Below, one piece after another: positions 56,802 to 64,000 of a stretch of 64,000 nt of DNA. The notes beneath the pieces are model-generated. The model did not search any database. It was not told the DNA's origin and saw nothing but the letters and a program-made list of their open reading frames with translations. Both the position numbers and the translations under genes were made by a program. Location: contig JBLXCF010000008.1 of the NCBI GenBank assembly GCA_048265145.1, forward strand, positions 67,570-131,569, in the 5' to 3' direction. The DNA is from Aequorivita sp. GTDB taxonomy: Bacteria; Bacteroidota; Bacteroidia; Flavobacteriales; Flavobacteriaceae. Every line of letters begins with the position of its first letter. Positions within the stretch are counted from its first letter, which is position 1.

Positions 56802-58706
56802 TTATAAATCCTTCCGTTGTATTCTCACAGCATTCAATATAGCCAAAAGAGCTACACCCACATCTGCGATAACGGCTTCCCATAAAGTAGCAACACCGCC
56901 TGCACCTAATGCAAGTACTATAATTTTGACTGTCATAGCGAGAATGATATTTTGCCAGACAATGTTTTTGGTGATTTTACCCGCCTTTATTGCTGCAACG
57001 ATCTTTGACGGCTGGTCGTTTTGAATAACTACATCTGCTGTTTCGATGGTGGCATCACTACCGAGACCGCCCATTGCAATACCAACATCGGCGAGGGCAA
57101 TAACCGGAGCATCGTTAACACCATCGCCTACAAAGGCCAATTTTACTCCTTCTTTTTTAAGAGCCTCCACTTTCTCCACTTTTTCGTCCGGAAGCAGTCC
57201 ACCATAAGCTTCATCAATTCCCAAAACTTTTGCCACCTGATCTACCACTGTTTGTTTATCACCAGATAACATTACGGTTTTTATGTTTAGACGGTGCATT
57301 TCCTTGATGGCCTGATATGCATCTTCCTTTATTTCATCGGCAATAGTGATATAACCGGCGTACTTATTATCAATGGACAATACCACTATGGTATCTACAA
57401 TCTGTTCGACTTCGGCAGGATAAGCTATGTCATATTTCTTTAAAAGTTTAAGGTTTCCAGCCAATACTTCCTTATTACCAACGATGCCTTTCAAGCCGTG
57501 TCCTGCTATTTCTTCAATGTTTGAAGTTTGTAGGCCTTGGTGTTTATTATCGGCATAATCCGTTACAGCTATGGCTATGGGATGGGTCGAGTTCTTTTCC
57601 AAAGCTGCTGCTACTTTGATCAGTTCTTCTTTTTCAATTCCTTCGGATACTACTTGCTGAACTTTAAAGACCCCTTTGGTCAAGGTGCCTGTTTTGTCCA
57701 TCACCACTGTTTTTACTTGGGTCATAACATCCAAATAGTTTCCGCCTTTGAACAGGATTCCATTTCGGGAAGCAAGGCCGATACCTCCAAAGTAGCCCAG
57801 AGGTATGGAAACAACCAATGCACAGGGACAACTGATCACCAAGAATACCAAGGCACGATAAAACCATTCCCGAAACACATAATCATCCACAAAAAATATT
57901 GGGGTTACACAAAGTGCCAGTGCAAGGAAAAATACGATTGGGGTATATACTTTGGCAAAACGGGATATGAAGAGTTGGGTCTGTGATTTACGTGCGGTGG
58001 CATCCTGTACCATTTCCAAGATTTTGCTGAGTTTACTATCCCTAAACAGGGCGGTTACCTTTACTTCTGCAAGTGTATTTTGATTGATCATCCCGGCCAG
58101 TACCTGTTCACCTTTATATTTGGTATCTGGTTTGCTCTCCCCTGTTAATGCCGCAGTGTTGAAAGAGGCTTTTTCAGAAATGAGATCACCATCCAAGGCA
58201 ACCTTTTCACCAGGTTTCACTTGTATCTTTTCTCCTATTTCTACTTCTGAAGGATGTATAACCTGTGATTTTCCGTTTCTTAGAACGATAACTTCATCAG
58301 GCCTTATATCAAGCAAGGCTTTAATGCTTCTTTTGGCGCGCTTAACTGCCGAGTCCTGAAACCATTCGCCTATTTGGTAAAATACCATTACGGCAACACC
58401 TTCTTCATATTCTCCAATGATGAATGCGCCGATTGTTGCCACACTCATCAATACAAATTCATTGAAGAAATCGCCTCTTTTTGACTTTCGCCAAGCGAGA
58501 TCTAAAACTTTTCTTCCGGCGAGAAGATAAGCAATGAGGTTAATTGCCAATAAAGGTATAGTGGGTATGTCGAGGTTAAACCCATATTCCAATGTTAACA
58601 GTATAACCAAAATCAGCAAGGCAAGCAGAAGGTCCCAGTGGGTTTTCCAGCCTGTTTTTTCTTTATTAACTTTTGGGCTTAAGGGCCGGGATGTAGCTGC
58701 TTTCAT
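56802..58706 (-). CDS. cadA: P1B-type heavy-metal ATPase (Zn/Cd/Pb, CPC type) without an N-terminal metal-binding domain
   Basis: TGES, SCPCAL, DKTGTLT and GDGVNDAP motifs. Confidence 0.9.
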   Translation of the reverse strand: MKAATSRPLSPKVNKEKTGWKTHWDLLLALLILVILLTLEYGFNLDIPTIPLLAINLIAYLLAGRKVLDLAWRKSKRGDFFNEFVLMSVATIGAFIIGEYEEGVAVMVFYQIGEWFQDSAVKRAKRSIKALLDIRPDEVIVLRNGKSQVIHPSEVEIGEKIQVKPGEKVALDGDLISEKASFNTAALTGESKPDTKYKGEQVLAGMINQNTLAEVKVTALFRDSKLSKILEMVQDATARKSQTQLFISRFAKVYTPIVFFLALALCVTPIFFVDDYVFREWFYRALVFLVISCPCALVVSIPLGYFGGIGLASRNGILFKGGNYLDVMTQVKTVVMDKTGTLTKGVFKVQQVVSEGIEKEELIKVAAALEKNSTHPIAIAVTDYADNKHQGLQTSNIEEIAGHGLKGIVGNKEVLAGNLKLLKKYDIAYPAEVEQIVDTIVVLSIDNKYAGYITIADEIKEDAYQAIKEMHRLNIKTVMLSGDKQTVVDQVAKVLGIDEAYGGLLPDEKVEKVEALKKEGVKLAFVGDGVNDAPVIALADVGIAMGGLGSDATIETADVVIQNDQPSKIVAAIKAGKITKNIVWQNIILAMTVKIIVLALGAGGVATLWEAVIADVGVALLAILNAVRIQRKDL

Positions 58707-58743
58707 TTTATTAAAATTTTCTTTAAAGATACTTTAAAAGGTT

Positions 58744-58760
58744 ATGCACAGGAATTGCAT
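58744..58760. promoter_or_regulatory. ATGCA-N7-TGCAT palindrome, candidate metalloregulator operator
   Basis: ATGCACAGGAATTGCAT lies just upstream of a minus-strand TATCTTTA -7-like element (58724-58731). Confidence 0.4.
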
Positions 58761-58765
58761 TTGCA

Positions 58766-58975
58766 TCAGCATTCATCTTTTCTTGTTAACTGGATAGGAG
58801 GACAGGGCAAAGAACCATAAGAACAGTAAACGCAACAGTCACCTTCTTTTGGTTTTAGAACAGTTTTACACTTCTCACATTCATAAAAGAATTGACAGGA
58901 ATTTGTTGGCATATCTTCTACTTTTTTGTGTCCGCAGTTTGGACAGGTAATTTCTGATTTTAATATAGCTTCCAT
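58766..58975 (-). CDS. GDCCVxC domain small Cys-rich protein
   Basis: ITCPNCG, CQFFYEC..C and GDCCVYCSYGSLPCPP motifs. Confidence 0.9.
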   Translation of the reverse strand: MEAILKSEITCPNCGHKKVEDMPTNSCQFFYECEKCKTVLKPKEGDCCVYCSYGSLPCPPIQLTRKDEC

Positions 58976-59140
58976 TGATTTTTATTTTTTCTTGTTACCT
59001 TGTAATTTGTTGCATTAATTGCTTCCTCAATTTTCACCTTCATTCGTTTTAGTATCGTCAAACTCAATGATCGCGTTACCATTTTCGTAAGGATTTAGGT
59101 TATCCAGTTCGGTTTTAAAATCTTCAAACATCCAGTCCAT
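58960..59140 (-). pseudogene. Chimeric remnant: N-terminus of a small MDWMFEDF protein fused to an HMA (MerP-like) C-terminus, frameshifted
   Basis: MDWMFEDFKTELDNLNP|YENGNAIIEFDDTKTNEGE(N*). Removing one A gives ...EIEEAINATNYKVTRK. Confidence 0.65.
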
Positions 59141-59149
59141 AACATTAGA

Positions 59150-60466
59150 TTAATGGTTAAAAAGCTCCTTTTCTTTTTCAGGGTCTATTTCATCTTTTGA
59201 CTTTTTGTCCAAAAAATAATCCAAGATAATGCCTACTGCAATCGCTCCCACAAACGCGGCATAAACTTTCCAATCAAATTGTATGACCAAAGAGAGGCTT
59301 ATGATTATCGCCAAAATTGGCAGTATCGGAACTTTCCCAACAGATAAAGGAACTTTAAAGGGCCTGTCTTTATCTGGTGCTCTGAAACGCAATACGATAA
59401 GGGCAATGTTCACGGCGACAAAGACGAGCAACGCACCCAATGACGACATTCCCGCTACGATTTTAATATCGCCCAATAGCATAAAACCCGCAACTGCCGC
59501 CATAACCACAATGGTAGTAACCCACGGCACTTTATGTGCATTGGTTTTGGTCATAAATTTCGGAAGTTCGCCCACGCTTGCCATTCCAAACAGCAGCCTG
59601 CTGATAGAGATAATACCGCTAAAGGCCGCATTGGCAGTAGCAAAAAGTGCTGCGACCGCCAATGTCACGGGCAACCAACTGTTGAGATTTGATGCCGCAA
59701 GTGAAAGTGGCGAATCTACTTTTGCCAGTTCTGACGGGTCGGCAATGTTAAGTACCGTAAAAGCTATGAGCAGATAGATAACGGTTGTAAAAACCATTGT
59801 CAGTAGAAAGGCACGAGGAATGGTCTTGCCAGGGTTTTTTACTTCAGAACCCAATGCAGCCATATGCTCAAAACCTGTATAGACAAAAAACAAGGTTGCG
59901 GTAGCCGCCAAAGTACCGGAAAAGGATTCAACTTTAAAAAATTCAGCCTTTGGCGGGCCAGTTTCTGCAAGCCCGACCACAATAAGAATGAACAATCCCA
60001 AAAGTTGTATGCTAACCATTATAATATTGGCAGTAGATGATTTCTTGATTCCCGTAATGCTTATCAATGAAAGAATTATCAATACGCCATAACTTATCAA
60101 TAGGGAAGGCACACTAAAAAAAGTGTTGAAATAACCTGAAAAGGCCAGCAATACAGCGGCTATCGTGGCAGAACTGTGAAAGGCAATTGTCCAGCCAGTG
60201 AGAAAGGAAGGAATGTCAATTTTCGGAAACGCTTTGCGTACAAAAATGAATTCGGCACCTGCATTGGGATAGGTAGAGGATAACTCTGCATAAGACAATG
60301 CCGAAACGCTGGCAGCAATTGCAGCGAAAACAAAACTCAACCAAAGGTCGGTACCTGCTTGTCCAGCTGCTGCGCCTATGACAGTATATATTCCTGCACC
60401 CACGATAGTGCCTACTCCATAAAAGGTAAGGCGAATTGTTCCCAATGATTTTTTTAATTCTGCCAT
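59150..60466 (-). CDS. APC family amino acid permease
   Basis: GVGTIVGAGIY, SYAELSS..P.AG.E, FVYTGFE and PDKDRPFKVP motifs. Confidence 0.92.
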   Translation of the reverse strand: MAELKKSLGTIRLTFYGVGTIVGAGIYTVIGAAAGQAGTDLWLSFVFAAIAASVSALSYAELSSTYPNAGAEFIFVRKAFPKIDIPSFLTGWTIAFHSSATIAAVLLAFSGYFNTFFSVPSLLISYGVLIILSLISITGIKKSSTANIIMVSIQLLGLFILIVVGLAETGPPKAEFFKVESFSGTLAATATLFFVYTGFEHMAALGSEVKNPGKTIPRAFLLTMVFTTVIYLLIAFTVLNIADPSELAKVDSPLSLAASNLNSWLPVTLAVAALFATANAAFSGIISISRLLFGMASVGELPKFMTKTNAHKVPWVTTIVVMAAVAGFMLLGDIKIVAGMSSLGALLVFVAVNIALIVLRFRAPDKDRPFKVPLSVGKVPILPILAIIISLSLVIQFDWKVYAAFVGAIAVGIILDYFLDKKSKDEIDPEKEKELFNH

Positions 60467-60547
60467 AATATTTTTTAAGTTAGAGAAGGTGGAAGAAACC
60501 TGAACCTGACCATTGGACCCAAGGGTTCAGAATTCTGAAACTTCCAT

Positions 60548-60985
60548 CTAATATTTTTGCCTGCATTTTTCACATATTCCCTTTAATATCAGGTTCACAT
60601 TTCTCACTTCATAATCGTCTGGCAAGCTTTCTTTCGATATCTTATTCGGTAAACAGATTGTTCTTCTGCAATCGGTACAATGAAAATGCAGATGTAAATC
60701 TATACCGTATTTATCTTTGGCGTTTTCATCAGAAATAGCATATTTTGCCACTCCGACCCCATCATTAATCTGATGAATCAGCCCTTTATCCTCGAAAATC
60801 TTGAGATTTCGATAAAATGTCGTTCTGTTTGCTGTTTTATTGGTTTCGCTCTTTTGAACAAAAGCCTTTTTCAAATCGGAAAAGGACACGGCACTTTGCT
60901 TCCTTTTCAGGAACTTGTATATCTTCAACCTCATTTGAGTAGGTCGAATACCGTGATTTAATAGTATCTTTTCCGTTTTAGTCAT
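60548..60985 (-). CDS. Fur family transcriptional regulator
   Basis: GIRPTQMR, TTFYRNLKIF, HLHFHC..C and C..C motifs. Confidence 0.9.
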   Translation of the reverse strand: MTKTEKILLNHGIRPTQMRLKIYKFLKRKQSAVSFSDLKKAFVQKSETNKTANRTTFYRNLKIFEDKGLIHQINDGVGVAKYAISDENAKDKYGIDLHLHFHCTDCRRTICLPNKISKESLPDDYEVRNVNLILKGICEKCRQKY

Positions 60986-61035
60986 TGCAATATTAATTCA
61001 AAAGCAAACCCTTTTTTCAAAACATATATTTGATG

Positions 61036-63564
61036 CTATTTCTTATAAGCCAAAAGCCTTAACGCATTAAAAACCACAAGTAATGTTGAGCCTTCGTGGA
61101 TGACCACTGCAATACCGATATTGGCCCAACCCATAATGGTCGATGGGATAAGCAATGCCACAATACCGAGGCTTACCCAAAGGTTTTGCTTGATAATTGC
61201 CTTTGCCTTCCTGCTCAAGCCTATGGCAAAGGGCAGGGTTTCCAATTTATCGGCCATTAGGGCAATGTCTGCAGTTTCCAAGGCCACATCACTGCCCGCT
61301 GCACCCATTGCGATACCTACTGTGCTGTTTGCCATTGCAGGGGCATCGTTCACACCGTCGCCTACCATTGCGACTTTGGATTCCTGTTCTTTTAATTTTT
61401 TAATGGCATCTACCTTTTCCTCTGGCAACAGGCTTCCCCAGGCATCGGTCAACCCAATTTCTTTAGCAACGGCATCGGCAACCTTTTGATTATCCCCGGT
61501 TAGCATTATCATCCGCTTGATACCGATTTCCTTTAATTTTTTCAGTGTTTCCTTGGCCGCTTCCCGTGGGGTGTCCATCAGGGCGATGATACCTATATAT
61601 TCTTTGTTCCTTCTTATGAGCATCGTAGTATTTCCACCACCTTCAAGTTCTTTTACTTTATTCGATATATCTTCGGATGGTTTTGCTTCATCGAGGTCTT
61701 CGTACAAGTCAAGGTTTCCAATATAGATTTTATCCTTGCCCAAAGAAGCTTTGATACCTTTTCCGAGAACTGCTTCCAAATCTGACGCATCGATAATATC
61801 AGTACCTTTCAGACGCTCTTTCCCATCCCTTACGACGGCTTTGGCCAAAGGGTGGTCGCTCAAGTTTTCAACGGCAACGGCTATCTTTAACAGTTCATTT
61901 TCTTCAATATCCCCCAATGGTACTACTTCGGTAAGTTTGGGCTTGCCTTCGGTAAGCGTGCCTGTTTTATCAAAAGCCAAAGCGGTTATGACCCCTAAAT
62001 CCTCAAGTGGTCGCCCACCTTTGATGAGCACGCCGCCACGTGCTGCCCTTGCCACACCGCTCAATACGGCACTTGGTGTTGAAATGGCCAGTGCACAGGG
62101 ACTTGCAGCTACCAATACCGCCATTGCACGATAAAAGCTGGCACTAAACGGTTCGTCAATGACCAGAAAGGCAAAGAGTAGGATACCAACCAGTATCAGT
62201 ACGGATGGCACAAAGTATTTTTCGAACTTATCGGTCAGCAGTTGCGTGGGGGACTTCTGGGTCTGTGCCTCGTTGACCAATTTGACCAGTCGGGACAGGG
62301 TAGAGTCTTTGGCTTCTTTGATTACCTTTATTTCCAGCGTGTTATTACCGTTGATAGTTCCGGCAAATACCCGATTTTCATCCTTGATATCATCGTCTGC
62401 CGAATAGTCCCTGCCTGTATCTTCCACGGGAAGTTTATCCACGGGTACACTTTCCCCAGTAATAGGGGCCTGGTTTACACTGCTTTTTCCGTTGACCACG
62501 ACGCCATCTGCGGATATTTTACTATTGGGCTTGACCACTATAATATCGCCAATACTCAATTGCTCAATTCCAACTTCTTCGGTCTTGCCATCTTTTTTAA
62601 GCAATGCTGTTTTTGGTGCAAGGTCTGCAAGCGCAGCAATGCTTTTTCTTGCTTTGTTCATTGCGTAATGTTCCAAGGCGTGCCCAAGGCTAAATAAAAA
62701 CAACAACAGTGCACCTTCTGCCCATTCTCCCAGAATGGCGGCACCAATGGCAGCGACCAGCATTAAAAAATCAATTTCAAAACCACCCTTGGCCACAGTT
62801 TGAACCGCTTCCTTGGCCGTAAAGAAACCACCGAAAAAGTACGCGCCAATGTACAAAGTAAGACTGACCCAATCCGGGATGGATTCCACATAAGAAAGCC
62901 CGAAACCTATCCCGAGAAGTGCCCCACAGATAATGGAAAAAATAAGCTCCGTATTTTTACCGAAAACCCCACCGTGGGCGTGCTCTTCTCCTTCCTCGTG
63001 GGTCTCGCCCTCCTTGTGCTCGTGGCCCTCTGTGGAAGTTTGCTCTTTAGTATCTTCCTTCTTTGAACGTTCCTGTTTTTTTTTGGATGCTTCGGTGTAA
63101 TTATTTTCGTTTGAAGAACTCCGCTTAACCTGAAGGTCTTCCTTTTCAATCTGTTTACTTATTTCATCAAAATTTGTTTGCTTTTTATCAAACTCAAGGC
63201 GCACCATTCCAGAGACCGAAACGGAAGCCTCCAAAACCCCATTGATTGCCAAAAGACTTTTCTCTATGGAACGTGCCTGTCTTGTATGTCTGATTCCTTT
63301 AACCTCTATGAGCAAATGCCCGTATTTTTCGGTAATCTCGGCACCCGTCTGTTCTGCGAGAGATTGAATGCGGTCTATAGAAATGATATCGGGGTCATAA
63401 TGAAAACAGAGCTGTGGTGTGTCATCTTCCTTTGTATCGGCAACGTGTACTTTTTCGATGCCCTCTTTAGCCTGTAATTCTTTTATAAGCCGCTCAACAC
63501 AAGTATCTTTTTCGTTTGGAACTTGCGGAAGGATAACTGGAATTTTTAGTTGTATTTTTTTCAT
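61036..63564 (-). CDS. zntA: P1B-type heavy-metal ATPase (SPC type) with N-terminal metal-binding domains and a His-rich linker
   Basis: HEHKEGETHEEGEEHAHG linker; TGES, ASPCAL, DKTGTLT and GDGVNDAP motifs. Confidence 0.9.
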   Translation of the reverse strand: MKKIQLKIPVILPQVPNEKDTCVERLIKELQAKEGIEKVHVADTKEDDTPQLCFHYDPDIISIDRIQSLAEQTGAEITEKYGHLLIEVKGIRHTRQARSIEKSLLAINGVLEASVSVSGMVRLEFDKKQTNFDEISKQIEKEDLQVKRSSSNENNYTEASKKKQERSKKEDTKEQTSTEGHEHKEGETHEEGEEHAHGGVFGKNTELIFSIICGALLGIGFGLSYVESIPDWVSLTLYIGAYFFGGFFTAKEAVQTVAKGGFEIDFLMLVAAIGAAILGEWAEGALLLFLFSLGHALEHYAMNKARKSIAALADLAPKTALLKKDGKTEEVGIEQLSIGDIIVVKPNSKISADGVVVNGKSSVNQAPITGESVPVDKLPVEDTGRDYSADDDIKDENRVFAGTINGNNTLEIKVIKEAKDSTLSRLVKLVNEAQTQKSPTQLLTDKFEKYFVPSVLILVGILLFAFLVIDEPFSASFYRAMAVLVAASPCALAISTPSAVLSGVARAARGGVLIKGGRPLEDLGVITALAFDKTGTLTEGKPKLTEVVPLGDIEENELLKIAVAVENLSDHPLAKAVVRDGKERLKGTDIIDASDLEAVLGKGIKASLGKDKIYIGNLDLYEDLDEAKPSEDISNKVKELEGGGNTTMLIRRNKEYIGIIALMDTPREAAKETLKKLKEIGIKRMIMLTGDNQKVADAVAKEIGLTDAWGSLLPEEKVDAIKKLKEQESKVAMVGDGVNDAPAMANSTVGIAMGAAGSDVALETADIALMADKLETLPFAIGLSRKAKAIIKQNLWVSLGIVALLIPSTIMGWANIGIAVVIHEGSTLLVVFNALRLLAYKK

Positions 63565-63923
63565 TTTTTACTATTTTTTTTTATCCATTCTTTGGCATCG
63601 TCTTTTTCTTCTGGCTTATAAAATTTTATATGAGCTTCTGAAAAAGGAAGCAATGCCTCGGTAAATTGCTCCTGCCATATAACGCTACCCACTAAAGCAA
63701 CACGCTTTAAATGCGTTTCATTCGGAAGATTTAATTCAATGCCCTTCCAATATGCGTTTGCCGTCCAGCCTTCAAAATTATGCATTTCGATGTACCAAGA
63801 AACTTCCTGATATGCAGTTATATGTTCTATTAAGACCGGTATCAAGTTTTCATAATCCTTGGCATCCAGCTTATTCTCTGCCACCATATATACAGTAGCC
63901 TCTTTTTTATAGATTGTTATCAT
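63561..63923 (-). CDS. STAS/SEC14 (SpoIIAA-like) protein
   Basis: KL...DYE...P, F.GW, RVALVG and A..W motifs. Confidence 0.85.
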   Translation of the reverse strand: MITIYKKEATVYMVAENKLDAKDYENLIPVLIEHITAYQEVSWYIEMHNFEGWTANAYWKGIELNLPNETHLKRVALVGSVIWQEQFTEALLPFSEAHIKFYKPEEKDDAKEWIKKNSKK

Positions 63924-63967
63924 TGCTCACTATTTATAAATGATAATTGAATTTAAAAACCAAACGT

Positions 63968-64000
63968 TTAATCCAGATTGTCGCTGCATTTTTCGCAAAT
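63968..64000 (-). CDS. C-terminus of a probable second Fur-family regulator (partial)
   Basis: ICEKCSDNLD* matches the ICEKC end of the Fur protein at 60548-60985. Confidence 0.55.
   Translation of the reverse strand: MCEKCSDNLD

Larger units (their letters stand above)
52950..64000. mobile_element. ICE/mobilisable-element-like island relic with heavy-metal cargo; boundaries uncertain, may begin near 49.3 kb, continues past the window end
   Basis: Xis-like HTH, DUF6266, structured non-coding DNA, pseudogenes and a metal-resistance cluster. No integrase or relaxase in the window. Confidence 0.6.

Noticed and set aside
92-63664. Numerous antisense and alternate-frame ORFs overlapping identified genes
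   Set aside because: Shadow ORFs of well-supported CDSs, especially in the GC-richer dnaE2/dinB, GH92 and ATPase genes.
1-64000. tRNA, rRNA, integrase, transposase or relaxase genes
   Set aside because: None recognised by eye. tRNAscan-SE, Infernal and HMM searches would be needed to exclude divergent copies.

Overview
This is a chromosomal segment of a Flavobacteriaceae-type Bacteroidota bacterium, inferred from a T9SS C-terminal domain, TAnnTTTG -7 promoters and the gene content. About 1-49 kb is mostly housekeeping: a partial M36 peptidase, pabB, tilS, pfkA-gap-sugar kinase-pgi, yifB, an M16 protease, rluA, panB, sdaA, dnaE2-dinB with SOS boxes, dnaK, GH92, menI/F/D/B, pepC, lplA and slyD. 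Three accessory modules sit within it: SatD-DUF3307 with three phased operators, a small protein-7TM-histidine kinase-LuxR cassette, and an AT-rich FunZ-like ATPase. About 49-64 kb is accessory or mobile DNA: an AraC/YceI/YgiD/DoxX/TetR cluster, then an ICE-like relic. The relic contains DUF6266, an Xis-like HTH, about 2 kb of highly structured non-coding DNA, ACR3 and MerP-type remnants, two P1B ATPases, an APC permease and Fur-family regulators. The top candidate for an undescribed system is a pair of ~165-nt hairpins sharing a 32/33-nt apex. Each places a Bacteroidota -7 promoter element in a mismatch bubble, in the orientation that would drive the neighbouring minus-strand gene only from folded single-stranded DNA (Frpo-like). 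The second candidate is the four-gene peptide-signalling-like cassette, followed by the SatD cyclase-fold/DUF3307 pair. No rRNA, tRNA, CRISPR array, integrase or relaxase was recognised. All family assignments come from motif recognition by eye; no database search was run.
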